Assembly: GCA_036012155.1 (NCBI GenBank)
Contig: DASCOT010000236.1
Span: 40,655 to 104,654, forward strand
Direction: 5' to 3'
DNA from: Acidobacteriota bacterium
Lineage (GTDB): Bacteria; Acidobacteriota; UBA890; WLXD01
DNA length: 64,000 nucleotides
Shown here: positions 1-10,207 of the stretch, in pieces
Layout of the letters: every line of letters begins with the position of its first letter
How positions within the stretch are numbered: the stretch's first letter is position 1
Program-made: the position numbers and the translations under genes
The notes under the pieces: model-generated
Told to the model about the DNA's origin: nothing
What the model saw: the letters and a program-made list of their open reading frames with translations, nothing else
Database searches by the model: none

Positions 1-673
1 GGTCGTGCGCACCCTTGTAGCACGGAACCGTGCCGAGTCGCAGGGAAGCGCAATCTATATCGGTGGCAAGGCGAATCCGCTCATCTACAACAACCTGATC
101 ATCTACAACACCAACAACGGACGTGGAGATCCCCATGCCGTGGAGATCGTCGGTGCCTCTCCCTGGGTGATCAACAACACCATCGCGCGAAGCGACAGCA
201 ACGGCCTGATCTCGCGAGGCGGTGCACCGATCATTCGCAACAACCTGCTGGCATGGAACGGTACACAGGTGGGCGGGAACCGGCGCGGCCGGGGTATCTG
301 TGATTTCAGCGACCGGCTGGCGTCAATCCACTACAACGGATTCCACCGCAATACGATCGCGGCCATCCTGCGCGACGGACGTGACTGGAAAAAGGTCCGC
401 CATCTTCAGAATCAGCGCCCCGATGAGCGGGTACAGTGCAACATCGATGGCAACCCCCGCTTCGCCAGGCGTCCGCCGGCCAATGCCGATTCGGCCAGCT
501 ACGGCGACTTCGAGCTGGCGGGTGCCGGCAAGGCACTCGATCGTGGAGACCCGATCGCGGCGTGCAACGACCACGACGGCACGCGAAACGATCTCGGATT
601 CACGGGCGGGCCGTTCGCCGCGGGAACGGCCGAGATTCCGACCGCGGGCGCCTGCGGAACCGGGCCGAGCTAA
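1..673 (+). CDS. Right-handed parallel beta-helix repeat protein, C-terminal part (5' end outside window)
   Basis: ORF 5..673 translation shows repeated NN(T/L)I / asparagine-ladder-like beta-helix repeats; no upstream stop before window edge so likely 5'-truncated. Confidence 0.5.
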   Translation, partial: VVRTLVARNRAESQGSAIYIGGKANPLIYNNLIIYNTNNGRGDPHAVEIVGASPWVINNTIARSDSNGLISRGGAPIIRNNLLAWNGTQVGGNRRGRGICDFSDRLASIHYNGFHRNTIAAILRDGRDWKKVRHLQNQRPDERVQCNIDGNPRFARRPPANADSASYGDFELAGAGKALDRGDPIAACNDHDGTRNDLGFTGGPFAAGTAEIPTAGACGTGPS

Positions 674-711
674 CCACCAGATTACGGCGGACAACGGTAG
701 GTGGTCGAACC

Positions 712-736
712 GGGAGCTCGCGAACGACGCGGCTCC
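712..736. terminator. GC-rich hairpin (GGGAGCTCGCG-AACGA-CGCGGCTCC) between convergent genes; possible bidirectional terminator
   Basis: Imperfect 9-10 bp stem read directly; no U-tract. Confidence 0.25.
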
Positions 737-772
737 TCGCCCCTGACAGGCCATGGCGGAAGATTGGCGAGC

Positions 773-1825
773 CTACTGAGGCTCCTCGTGCTCGGCCTTA
801 CGGCGAACGACGGAAAAGGCCGTGTCGCCAACCCCCTTGGCCAGGCCGGCGACTGCTTCACCGGCGCCTTTGGCGAGGCCTGCCACGGTCCCGCCAGCGT
901 CTTTGGCCAATCCGGCGACCCCCGAGGCCGTCGCGCTCACTCCCTGGCGCGAAGCGTCCCAGACCGCCTTGGATACCTTGGCGCTACCATTCGCCACCAC
1001 CTCGCCGAGCAGGCGTGTGGCTTGGGTCACCGCCGCGCGGCGCACGACCCCGCGGGGTTGGGCCACCAACGGTGCACAGTAGCCCTTGGCCACCATTCCC
1101 ACGCGCAGGGTCAAGAAAGCGTTGGCGCTACCGATAACGATCGAGTTTGCCACTAGGCCCGCCGCAACTCTCAGTCCGGGTACCTCGCCCGCTAGCGTTG
1201 GAAGCGAGGCCGACAGGATTGGCGCTACTTGCTCACTGACATCAAGGTCCTCGAGAGAACCCGCCACGAAGGCCGTCGTCGCCACATTCGCATACAGATG
1301 GAATAGCTCACGGATGGTCGGGCGTTGGGCGTAGAGGTGCGCCAACTGCCAGACCATTCGCAGCTGGATGCCGAGCACCATGAAAGCATCGAGTCGCCCG
1401 CTCTGCGATACAGCGGTGGCAAGGAAGACTCGCCCGGCGTTTGCCTTCACCAGCCTATCGGCGCACTCACCGATCTCGGCGAGCGCCGCCTCGATCTGCT
1501 CGCGAGACTCGATCGGCCGACTCGACACCAGCGAGCTCGCCGACAATCGCCCCGCGAGCCGTCGCAGGTAGGCGTCGTATTCCGGTCCCTGGGTCGCGGT
1601 CGGCGCGATGAGGGGCTTGCGGAGCCGCAGTAACAACACCAGCGGGGTGATGGTCAGCGCAGCGTAGACGGCTACCAGACTCCAGAGCACTATCTGGCCC
1701 AGCCCCGGCCTGAGGGCCTCGGCCAGCGTCACGACGCCGGCGGTCTGATTGATCACCAGCAGCGCAAACGAGACCAGAACCAGCGCCGACACGATCACCA
1801 ACAAAGTACGCAGCCCTTTGGGCAT
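773..1825 (-). CDS. DUF697/YcjF-like membrane protein (putative)
   Basis: 350-aa ORF with N-terminal TM helices and YcjF-like middle region; C-terminus carries 11-aa VAGLAKGAGEA-type repeats. Confidence 0.45.
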   Translation of the reverse strand: MPKGLRTLLVIVSALVLVSFALLVINQTAGVVTLAEALRPGLGQIVLWSLVAVYAALTITPLVLLLRLRKPLIAPTATQGPEYDAYLRRLAGRLSASSLVSSRPIESREQIEAALAEIGECADRLVKANAGRVFLATAVSQSGRLDAFMVLGIQLRMVWQLAHLYAQRPTIRELFHLYANVATTAFVAGSLEDLDVSEQVAPILSASLPTLAGEVPGLRVAAGLVANSIVIGSANAFLTLRVGMVAKGYCAPLVAQPRGVVRRAAVTQATRLLGEVVANGSAKVSKAVWDASRQGVSATASGVAGLAKDAGGTVAGLAKGAGEAVAGLAKGVGDTAFSVVRRKAEHEEPQ

Positions 1826-1978
1826 GGGAGTCTCCGGCTAGCCGCGGAGAATGAGCTCGCCGCGATCGATCTTGCCGAGGTGCGTGCGGGGAAAGTTCTC
1901 CGGCAACTCTACCTCGCGCGCGTACTCATGCGCCTCGAAGCCACCCCCGAAGGTGATCTGGTGGGCCTCCGCCGCCGG

Positions 1979-2794
1979 TCAGCAGATCCGGTAGTCGCCG
2001 TCCGGAGCGATGGTCGGGAGCCTATAGCGCTTCCTGATCAGAAGCCGGTACAGCCTCGCATCGGTAGTCGCCAGTTTCTCCGGCGTGTTGAGCCTCCACT
2101 CGTGGCGAATCTGGTCGAACCGGCCGGGGAAGTCCTGTAAGCCAAGCAACGATGTCAGCCCCCAGTAGAAGTACTCGGTCGCCTGGCAAGAATAGTCACA
2201 GGTGACATCGTCATAGGTGTACCAGGCCGAATCCGAGTATTGCTCCGGAATCTGCAGGAGATGCCCGCCGCGGGCGATGTCCATCGCCTTGGCGAGCTTG
2301 GTTCCGGCCCGTTCTCCCCAGATCCGTGGATATGCTCGAGCCAGGCCCACGTGTGAGATCAGGTGGAGCACCTCCTCGAGGGAAGCGTCGAATCGACCCT
2401 TGGCGGCCCCTCCGGGGTACGTCTCCGCCGCCGCCACGTCCTGAAGCTCGATGGCATCCGACGTCTCGTCGTCAACCGCCTCGAAGAACGCCTCCGTCTC
2501 GCGTGAATCGGCGAACATCACCATCGAGGCGCGGGCCGCGAGCAACTTTCTCAACACTCGTTTGTTGTCCACAGCACCGTCTGCGTCGTTGTCCAGGTAC
2601 TGAGCCAGCACGTTGGCGACGTGAAGCAGCTTTCCCCTCGGGACCGGTGGGGTGGCGTAGATTCGAACTCCGAAGACGTCTACTTGGCGATCGAAAGCGG
2701 CCGCGAAGCCGGTCGGCGCGTCGTCGGACAAGGCGGTGATTTTGAAAGCACCTGCCGCTCGCACCGGAGTCGCCGACACTAGCATCGTGATCAT
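1979..2794 (-). CDS. Secreted hypothetical protein
   Basis: Long ORF 1979..2905; likely start at MITMLVSATPVRAAG signal peptide; no recognisable family. Confidence 0.4.
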   Translation of the reverse strand: MITMLVSATPVRAAGAFKITALSDDAPTGFAAAFDRQVDVFGVRIYATPPVPRGKLLHVANVLAQYLDNDADGAVDNKRVLRKLLAARASMVMFADSRETEAFFEAVDDETSDAIELQDVAAAETYPGGAAKGRFDASLEEVLHLISHVGLARAYPRIWGERAGTKLAKAMDIARGGHLLQIPEQYSDSAWYTYDDVTCDYSCQATEYFYWGLTSLLGLQDFPGRFDQIRHEWRLNTPEKLATTDARLYRLLIRKRYRLPTIAPDGDYRIC

Positions 2795-2979
2795 CACGGC
2801 GATCCATCGCGGCGCCCGATGGGCGCGGCGATCGGCGAAACTCCCGGTGGGGAAGCAAGCCGAGAATCGCCCCTGCCGACATCGGCCCCCGTTGCTGAAT
2901 GGCACCGCTCTTACTCCCTCCTTTCTCCGATGTGGACCCAGCCGATACCCGTCTTAGGGCGATACGACGTCGGAGATCA

Positions 2980-3006
2980 TTGTACGGGTCGCGGTGACCC
3001 TATAAT
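2980..3006 (+). promoter_or_regulatory. Sigma70-like promoter candidate (TTGTAC -35, about 15-nt spacer, TATAAT -10) upstream of ridA-family gene
   Basis: Perfect TATAAT at 3001-3006 and TTGTAC at 2980-2985 in a divergent intergenic region. Confidence 0.3.
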
Positions 3007-3155
3007 CGACCATTGTCCGTACGCCGCCTCGCAGAGATGGCAGCGTTACCTCAACAAGCCCGAGACGATTCTCAGATGGCATTGCTACTCCGCCAGGACG
3101 CCGGCCACCGCATCACCGGCCAGGAACTGGGGATCGATGGTGGAGAATCCATGCA

Positions 3156-3602
3156 ATGAGCTACCAAGTCATCAACCCCGAGCAGCTTGGGGTGCCAAGC
3201 GGCTGGAACCACGGCATGCTGGGGCCGGCCGGCGGACGCACGCTCTTCGTCGCCGGGCAGACAGCCCGCGATCGCACCGGCAAGGCGCCGGAGGCCGGCT
3301 TCGTGGAACAGTTCGCAAACGCCTTGGACAACACGCTCGCCGTGGTACGCGCCGCCGGTGGGGGGCCGAGCGATATTGGCCGAATGACCGTGTTCGTCAC
3401 CGACATCGACGCGTACCGTAGGAGCTTGAAGGAGCTCGGTGACCACTGGAAGCAGCGTATGGGTCGCCACTTTCCGGCCATGGCCTTGATGGAAGTCACG
3501 CGTCTGGTCGACGAGCGCGCGATGGTAGAGATCGAGGCAACGGCTTTGTTGCCGGAGCCCGCCATACAGCAGGGAGATGGCCCTGGTTCAGCGCTGGCCT
3601 GA
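3156..3602 (+). CDS. RidA/YjgF/TdcF family reactive-intermediate deaminase
   Basis: 148-aa protein with the YjgF/L-PSP family conserved core (GxxARD...VFVTDI...MEVTRL). Confidence 0.85.
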   Translation: MSYQVINPEQLGVPSGWNHGMLGPAGGRTLFVAGQTARDRTGKAPEAGFVEQFANALDNTLAVVRAAGGGPSDIGRMTVFVTDIDAYRRSLKELGDHWKQRMGRHFPAMALMEVTRLVDERAMVEIEATALLPEPAIQQGDGPGSALA

Positions 3603-3928
3603 CCAACCGTTGCAGCAGCAGATTTCAGCGGCACGGGCTAGGACGGCGGCTCGCTGTTCGGCACCGCTGACTACTGGGGAGACCATCTCAGTCGCTTCGA
3701 ATGGGTGCTGATCGCGACGGGGTCGCGTTACTCACGGCACTGTTGGCCGCCGCCAGGAGGTGGCTCTACCGCCGACACTTGGTCCGCGCCGTCTAGTGTC
3801 GCCGATGGCCAAGGCACCGGGGGTGGACCAGGGACCCCACCCCCCGGCGCCTCAGACGGAGGGTCGGCGCAGGGCCCAGGCGCCCCTCGGGCGCTCTTCT
3901 CTTCGGGTCTCCGTCTCGGAGGTCTGCA

Positions 3929-4699
3929 TCAGAGCCCGCCCCCGCCAGCGACGAAGGCGCTCACATCGTCGTCACGGGTAGCCCAGCCAGTTGGCTGGTT
4001 AAAGGCCGTGTCGACCTCCCCGTCGGCGCCGGCCGAATAGCAGACAACAGAGCTCGTGAAGGTGCCACCGTCCGCGGACGAGGGCACATACAGACCGAAT
4101 ACGTTGGCCATGTAGCGATTGCCCCATGGATCGGCCTCGACGCGGCCGCTGATATAGGGGCCTCGCCAGGCGAACAGGTTGTCCGTGCCCTGCTCACCGG
4201 AAACTCCTGGCTCACCCGCCACCGTCGTAACGCCGACGTTGCCCGCAGCCGTGAGATAGCCGCGGCTCGGCGCACCCAGTGGGGTGTTGTGCAACAGATG
4301 ATTGGCAAGCGTATCGACAGTGAAACGGTAGATTGTCCCGGTGTAGTCTGCGGGTTGCTCGAACGGGTCACCCTCAGCCAGTAGCCAGGGAGCGCCTGCA
4401 GGACCCGGCGATTGGCTGTTGAGGGTCGGCTCGTCGCCATCTCCGATCAGCAAGCCCACCGGCACGCCGGCCGGAGCGCTACTGAGGTCCGAGATACGAT
4501 GAGACACCAGATCGCCGGTGTCGAGGATCAATCGCGCCAACGCGGAGCACAAAGTCGTGACCTCGTCCTGCACGCGGGCGAAGCGCGTCAGACGGTTGAG
4601 GTCGCTGACGTTGATCACCACGATCGACAGCACCACCAGCAAGCCGACGAGGAGGACGCTGACCTCGACCAGAGTGAATCCCGCTGCCTGTCGGCTCAT
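3929..4699 (-). CDS. Prepilin-type N-terminal cleavage/methylation domain protein (pseudopilin-like), orphan
   Basis: N-terminus MSRQAAGFTLVEVSVLLVGLLVV = prepilin peptidase motif G/FTLVE followed by hydrophobic helix; 256 aa. Confidence 0.6.
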   Translation of the reverse strand: MSRQAAGFTLVEVSVLLVGLLVVLSIVVINVSDLNRLTRFARVQDEVTTLCSALARLILDTGDLVSHRISDLSSAPAGVPVGLLIGDGDEPTLNSQSPGPAGAPWLLAEGDPFEQPADYTGTIYRFTVDTLANHLLHNTPLGAPSRGYLTAAGNVGVTTVAGEPGVSGEQGTDNLFAWRGPYISGRVEADPWGNRYMANVFGLYVPSSADGGTFTSSVVCYSAGADGEVDTAFNQPTGWATRDDDVSAFVAGGGGL

Positions 4700-5031
4700 G
4701 GACTAGCTCCCTGTGGCGCGGTGCCGGGGTCCACCCTGGCACCCACAGACCAGGCTAGCGGCTCGGCGAGACCCGGCAAAACTGCCCGGGCCGAGCTTGA
4801 CCGCAGCTGCCGAGGGGCGCACGCCCGCCTCCCGAACCTCACGCCCACCGTGGTCGGATACGGCCGCTTGATTTCGGACCGCCACAGCTGCGGTCAGCCA
4901 AGCAGGTAGCGGGTACGCAGGCCGGATCGCGAGGACACCTGCCGGCGGACGCGGTCACGAATCGCGTCGCGTTGGCCCGAGCACCGTGGCCAACGCGGGA
5001 CACGATTTGCGAGGGCCGACGCTGGTACCGG

Positions 5032-5040
5032 CCCCCCCCC
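5032..5040. repeat. Poly(C)9 homopolymer tract in intergenic region
   Basis: ccccccccc at 5032-5040 between pseudopilin gene and phzF-family gene. Confidence 0.6.
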
Positions 5041-5130
5041 ACCGCGCGGCGCTCATACTACTGACCGACGATGTCCGGACCCCTTCAGTGATCACCAGTG
5101 ACTATTGCAGTGCTTTCGTATCAGCACAAA

Positions 5131-6045
5131 TCAGCCCACCGGCAGCGTCAATACACCTGTCAGCACGGTCACGGCGGCCCCCCCGACACGTACCGACTCG
5201 ATGTCCTCGGCAGGGCCGATCACCTCCACATTGGCCGTTCCGGGGCGTCCCATCGTGTGCCCCTGCTGGGCCGTGAATCGGGGCTTCTCAATCAGTCCAT
5301 GACACCAGCAGTACGCCGCCATCGCCCCGGTTGCAGATCCGGTGAACGGGTCTTCGTAGGTATCTGGCGGCAAGCCAAAGTGCCGCGCCGCGGTGTCGCC
5401 GGCATCGGTGAAGCCGCCGAGGCAGAACAGGTGTGGGCTGAAGAAATCCCCCTCTTCGAGGGCGGCTGCAAAAGCGGCCATATCGAGACGCGCTCGCCGG
5501 AGCGCGTCGCCGTCTCGAAGCGGCACCATGAGCATCGGCGTTCCGGTGCTCACCGTTTGTGGCGGCGGGGCGTCCTGATGGCCGTCCTCCTCGTCCAGCC
5601 CGAACAGTGGCAAGATCTCGGCGGCCGCGTAGGAGCGCAGGAACACTGGCCGGCGCTGCGTCATGGTGATCTCGGCAAGATCGTCAACGCCGCGCACGTC
5701 GACTGTGATCGGCCCGTCTCTCAATTCCAGTGTGAGGCGTGTTCCGCCCTCTTCCAACACCAAGCGTCCAGTGTCGATGAGTGCCCTGGTGGTCGCCAGC
5801 GTCGGATGGCCGGCCAGGGGAATCTCCGCCGCCGGCGTGAAATAGCGGGCGCGAAAGTCGGCGACCGCAGATCGCATCACGAACGCGGTCTCCGAGAGGT
5901 TCATCTCGAGGGCGATCGCCTGCATGATCGAGGGATCGAGGTCGTCCGCGTCGAGTACAACGGCGCACGGGTTGCCCTGCAACGGCTCGCGCGTGAACGC
6001 ATCGACCTGCAATACGGGCAGCCGACGCTGCCCTTCACGCGACAC
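5131..6045 (-). CDS. PhzF family phenazine-biosynthesis-like isomerase
   Basis: N-terminal LPVLQVDAFT...GNPCAVV and overall PhzF/DAP-epimerase-fold architecture. Confidence 0.85.
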   Translation of the reverse strand: MSREGQRRLPVLQVDAFTREPLQGNPCAVVLDADDLDPSIMQAIALEMNLSETAFVMRSAVADFRARYFTPAAEIPLAGHPTLATTRALIDTGRLVLEEGGTRLTLELRDGPITVDVRGVDDLAEITMTQRRPVFLRSYAAAEILPLFGLDEEDGHQDAPPPQTVSTGTPMLMVPLRDGDALRRARLDMAAFAAALEEGDFFSPHLFCLGGFTDAGDTAARHFGLPPDTYEDPFTGSATGAMAAYCWCHGLIEKPRFTAQQGHTMGRPGTANVEVIGPAEDIESVRVGGAAVTVLTGVLTLPVG

Positions 6046-6946
6046 GGATGTTCCCCTCGCTGATCATGACCGACGCGCCGCCAACCCGAGCGGCAACGAC
6101 CTCTCCATCCCCAAGCACCGCCTCGATATCCATGCGGCTCGGGCGCCCCATCTCGAAACCCTGTTCCACCACCCAGCGAAGCTCGCCGTCACCCTGACCA
6201 GACCGAGTCGCCAGGTACGCGGCCAGCCCTGTGGCCGCGGACCCGGTCGCCGGATCCTCATCGATACCCACACCGGGCCCGAACATGCGAGCGTGTAGGT
6301 CGGCACCCGGTTGCACGCCTTCCATGGCGAACAGAAACACCTGCGGCGCCCAGGTTCCCTCCAAGGAGCGGCGCCAGGCGCGATGATCCAACCGCGCCTG
6401 GCGCACTGCGTCGATACTGCGCAAAGGCACGAACAGAAAGGGCAGCCCGCACGAAACGGCGCCCAGGCTCAACTCATCGGCTCGTAGCTCGTCGACACTG
6501 AGACTCAGCACCGCCGCAATATCGGGCAACGATATGGAGACCGATCGCTCCTCGGGCGGCTGCGCCGCCGTGAGCTGCGCGAACTCCGGCATGCCATCGG
6601 TGCAGCGAACGTGGACCGGTACCGGGCCGACACCCTCCTCCAGTACCAGCGTGACCTCGGCCTTCGGCGCCGCAATCTCTCCCAACGCGGTGAGCGCGAA
6701 GGCCGTACCGACCGTCGGGTGACCGGCGAAAGGTAGCTCGGTCCGTGGTGTGAAGATGCGCACTTTGCGGGTGTTGGCAGGGTCGTCAGGCGGCAACACG
6801 AACACCGTCTCCGACAGGTTGAACTCGCGCGCGATGCGCTGCATCGTCCGTCCATCGAGGCCCCTGGCATCGGGTAAGACAGCGAGCGGATTGCCACCGA
6901 AGGCAGTGTCTGTAAAGACATCGAGAGTAACGAAGCGATAGTTCAT
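6035..6946 (-). CDS. PhzF family isomerase (second tandem paralogue)
   Basis: [27 protein letters not shown]...; 11-nt overlap with downstream paralogue. Confidence 0.85.
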   Translation of the reverse strand: MNYRFVTLDVFTDTAFGGNPLAVLPDARGLDGRTMQRIAREFNLSETVFVLPPDDPANTRKVRIFTPRTELPFAGHPTVGTAFALTALGEIAAPKAEVTLVLEEGVGPVPVHVRCTDGMPEFAQLTAAQPPEERSVSISLPDIAAVLSLSVDELRADELSLGAVSCGLPFLFVPLRSIDAVRQARLDHRAWRRSLEGTWAPQVFLFAMEGVQPGADLHARMFGPGVGIDEDPATGSAATGLAAYLATRSGQGDGELRWVVEQGFEMGRPSRMDIEAVLGDGEVVAARVGGASVMISEGNIRVA

Positions 6947-6949
6947 GGC

Positions 6950-7429
6950 TCAGGCGTCGCTGCCGACCCGAAGCACCATCGAGATAGCGCTTGCCGGGCA
7001 AAGGGAACTGTACTCAATGGACTGGAGAATGGCGGCCGGCGCTTGCTCTCGAGGAGCCGCACGAAATCCGAACCTGGGAAAGAAAGCCGCGGCGGTTTCG
7101 GTAAGCAGATAGACGTCGCGGACCCGCCGCGACCGCGCCGCCTCCAGGGCCCGGTGCACCAAAGCCTCGCCGACACCTAGCCCTCGATGCGAAGCGGCGA
7201 CCGCCACCGATCGCAGCACCGCGTCCGGCTCCTGAAGCTCTAGCGCCGCCACCCCAGCCACCGCCTCCCCTGCGCAGGCGATGAAGGCCTCGGGCCAACA
7301 GTCGTCCAGCCCCTCGACCGGCAACTCGCTGGCGCGTAACAGCTCGACCATGGCTTCCCGGTCATGATGCCGCGCCTGCCTGATCCGCACACCGTCCACC
7401 ACGGCCTCCTCTGGAGCGTGCTGCTCCAT
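6950..7429 (-). CDS. GNAT family N-acetyltransferase
   Basis: Acetyl-CoA binding motif region (HRGLGVGEALVHRALEAAR); likely start at MEQHAPEE; upstream of the two phzF genes with a 4-nt gap. Confidence 0.7.
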   Translation of the reverse strand: MEQHAPEEAVVDGVRIRQARHHDREAMVELLRASELPVEGLDDCWPEAFIACAGEAVAGVAALELQEPDAVLRSVAVAASHRGLGVGEALVHRALEAARSRRVRDVYLLTETAAAFFPRFGFRAAPREQAPAAILQSIEYSSLCPASAISMVLRVGSDA

Positions 7430-7557
7430 GACAATGTAGCGTCGCGGGCGTAGCGGCGCACGCGTCGCACTCGGCCCCTCCTGACGCTTCCATTCCTTGG
7501 GTTGACCACTCCGCCGTGGGATTTGCGGCGACAGGCCCTCCGCCTGACAATCGAGCC

Positions 7558-7794
7558 ATGTCTGAGTGGATCGAGATCGCATTGCAGCGGAGCACCATTG
7601 TGCGCGGCCTCAAGTTCGCCGCTGTAGTGGGAGTGGTGCTTGTCGCCATCAACCACGGCGAAGCCATCGTCGCGGGAAACATCGACGGCAAGCGCCTGTT
7701 GAGGATGGCCCTCACCGTTGCCGTGCCGTACCTGGTGTCGACCTTCTCAACCTGCGGAGCCAAGCTAGAAGCGCGGCGCCATCAGGGCCAGTAA
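7558..7794 (+). CDS. NrtS-like small membrane protein (putative nitrate/nitrite transporter NrtS family)
   Basis: MSEWIEIALQRSTIVRGLKFAAVVGVVLVAINHGEAI...VPYLVSTF matches recalled NrtS family pattern. Confidence 0.5.
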   Translation: MSEWIEIALQRSTIVRGLKFAAVVGVVLVAINHGEAIVAGNIDGKRLLRMALTVAVPYLVSTFSTCGAKLEARRHQGQ

Positions 7795-7912
7795 GCCACC
7801 GCACGAGTCTCCGAGGCGCATATGCGAGCCTGCGGGACACCGTGCTATCGTGGATTACTCTGGCTGTCTCCCGCCTGGCCTCCATCCCTCCAAGAGCTCC
7901 CAACTTGACGCC

Positions 7913-9076
7913 ATGAGTGTGATCGAGCCCCGTACATCTGCGCTTACGCCAGCGCTCGGTGAAGCTCGCTGGCGCGCCATGGTCGGGGCCGTCGACGTCT
8001 GTTTCGGTGTTGGCGAAAGGGCTCGCCTGCCGTCGATAGTCAGTGAGCTCGGCGCCCGTCGTCCGCTCATCATCACCGACCCCGGCGTGCGGGCGACGGG
8101 CCTCATCGACGAGCTCGGCGACGCGTTGACACAACTCGGGTGCGCTTGTGCCGTCTTCGATGGTGTCGAGGCGAATCCGAGCACGGCGTGCGTCGAGTCT
8201 GGCGTGACGGCTGCCCGACGGCACGAGATCGACCTGCTTATCGGGTTCGGTGGGGGAAGTCCCATGGATACGGCGAAGGGAGTCAACTTCGTATACAGCA
8301 ACGGCGGCTGTATGGAGGACTATGAGGGAACAGGGAAGGCGCATGCTGAGATGCTGCCGTCGATCGGCGTGCCGACCACCGCCGGAACCGGCAGCGAGGC
8401 GCAATCGTACGCGCTGATCTCGCGGCTGGACGACCATCGAAAGATGGCATGCGGCGATCCGGGAGCCCGTTTTCGAGCCACCGTTCTCGATCCTGGCGTC
8501 ACCGGAACGGTCCCTCGCGACGTACGGGTTGCCACCGGTATCGACGCCATCTCGCATGCCGTCGAAAGCCTTGTCAGCACGCGAGCCAACCCGATCTCGC
8601 GACTCTATAGCCGTGAGGCGTGGCACCTGCTATCGGAGGGCTTCGAGCCGGCGGTGAGCGCACCGGACGAGCTCGAGGCACGGGGCCAGATGCTGCTCGG
8701 CGCGCACCTGGCGGGGGCGGCAATCGAGCGTTCCATGCTCGGCGCCGCACACGCCTGCGCCAACCCGTTGACCGCCCGCTTCGACATCACCCACGGCATC
8801 GCCGTCGGGATCATGCTGCCGCACGTGGTGCGCTACAACCTGGCGAGTGATGCGGCCGCTGCCGAGTACGATGTGCTCGAGGTCAACGACCTTCCCGGAC
8901 TCCTCACCGCAATGCAGGAAAGCAGCGGCGTGGCACTACGGCTTCGCGCCCACGGCGTGCCGCAGGCGAGCCTCGGCAAGCTCGCGGAGGAGGCTGCACA
9001 ACAATGGACCGCCAACTACAACCCGCGTCCGGTGGACGCCCCCGAGCTGTTGAGCATCTATGAGTCGGCATACTGA
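7913..9076 (+). CDS. Iron-containing (group III) alcohol dehydrogenase
   Basis: GGGSPMDTAKG NAD-binding motif and Fe-ADH His-rich region (HAVESL...HACANPL...HG). Confidence 0.85.
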   Translation: MSVIEPRTSALTPALGEARWRAMVGAVDVCFGVGERARLPSIVSELGARRPLIITDPGVRATGLIDELGDALTQLGCACAVFDGVEANPSTACVESGVTAARRHEIDLLIGFGGGSPMDTAKGVNFVYSNGGCMEDYEGTGKAHAEMLPSIGVPTTAGTGSEAQSYALISRLDDHRKMACGDPGARFRATVLDPGVTGTVPRDVRVATGIDAISHAVESLVSTRANPISRLYSREAWHLLSEGFEPAVSAPDELEARGQMLLGAHLAGAAIERSMLGAAHACANPLTARFDITHGIAVGIMLPHVVRYNLASDAAAAEYDVLEVNDLPGLLTAMQESSGVALRLRAHGVPQASLGKLAEEAAQQWTANYNPRPVDAPELLSIYESAY

Positions 9077-10202
9077 GTCCATGAATCGCGCCCGACGCCG
9101 GCGCACGATCAGCTGGATTGCCTGCGCCTGTAGCGTCGTGATGGCGAGCGGCATCGCGCACGGCCGGGCCGACGACGCGTGGCGTGTATTCCGCGGCAAC
9201 GCCGAGCTCACGGGCACGGCCAATATCGAGATTCCGTCGGCGCCGGAGCCACGATGGGTCTTCTCGGCCGAGGACAGCATCGAGTCGAGCGCCGCGATTG
9301 CCGATGGCCGGGTCTTCGTGGGCTCACTCGATGGCCGTTTGTACGCACTGGATCTCGACAGCGGCGCCGAGCTGTGGCGCTTCGAGACCGACATCGAGAT
9401 CCGATCGTCGCCTTCAGTCTTCGGCGACACCGTCTACTTCGGCGATGAATCGGGAACGTTCCACGCGCTCGATGTCGAGAGCGGCGCCGAGCGGTGGTCG
9501 TACCAGACGGGTGGTGGAATCGTCTCGGCAGCAAACTACGCGGACGGGCTGCTGATCTTCGGTTCGTACGACAACCACCTGTACGCTGTGGCGGCCACAG
9601 ACGGCACGCTGGTCTGGAGCATCGAGACCGGCGGCTACGTGAACGGGACACCGGCGATCGTCGGCGACACGGTGATCTCGGTCGGATGCGACGGTGTGCT
9701 GCGGCTCGTGTCATTGCGCGACGGCGCGTTGCTCGGCAGCATCGAGATCGGTGCATACGTCGCCGCGAGCCCGGCAATTAGCCAGGGCGTAGCCTATTTC
9801 GGCACCTATGAGAACCAGGTTCTCGCAGTGAGCCTGGCGGGCGAGCGACGCTGGGCCTACGAGCACCCGAAGCGCAAGTTTCCGTACTATTCATCGGCAG
9901 CGATTACGGATGGCGTGCTGGTGGTCGGCGGGCGCGACAAGATGGTGCACGGGATCGATCCGGCTACGGGAGGGCCACTCTGGACCCACACGAGCGGAGC
10001 GCGCGTCGACTCCTCGCCCGTCATCGTCGGTGATCGGGTCTTTGTAGGCGGAAGCTCCGGCGACCTGGTGGCGCTCGACGTGCGGTCGGGCGAGGTCTTG
10101 TGGCAATTCGAGACCGGGTCGTCGATCGTCGCGTCACCAAGCTTGGCCTCGGGGCGCCTCATAATCGGAACAGAGGACGGCGACCTCTACTGCTTCGGGT
10201 GA
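9060..10202 (+). CDS. Secreted PQQ-repeat (BamB-like) beta-propeller protein
   Basis: Signal peptide then repeated 'DG-LYALD---G-ELWRF-T' PQQ-type blades. Confidence 0.75.
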   Translation: MSRHTESMNRARRRRTISWIACACSVVMASGIAHGRADDAWRVFRGNAELTGTANIEIPSAPEPRWVFSAEDSIESSAAIADGRVFVGSLDGRLYALDLDSGAELWRFETDIEIRSSPSVFGDTVYFGDESGTFHALDVESGAERWSYQTGGGIVSAANYADGLLIFGSYDNHLYAVAATDGTLVWSIETGGYVNGTPAIVGDTVISVGCDGVLRLVSLRDGALLGSIEIGAYVAASPAISQGVAYFGTYENQVLAVSLAGERRWAYEHPKRKFPYYSSAAITDGVLVVGGRDKMVHGIDPATGGPLWTHTSGARVDSSPVIVGDRVFVGGSSGDLVALDVRSGEVLWQFETGSSIVASPSLASGRLIIGTEDGDLYCFG

Positions 10203-10207
10203 GATCG

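Noticed and set aside
2655-2672. tRNA T-loop-like string GATTCGAACTCC
   Set aside because: Lies inside a long protein-coding ORF; no acceptor/anticodon stem structure around it
5098-6063. 321-aa ORF on + strand
   Set aside because: Antisense to PhzF gene; no family features
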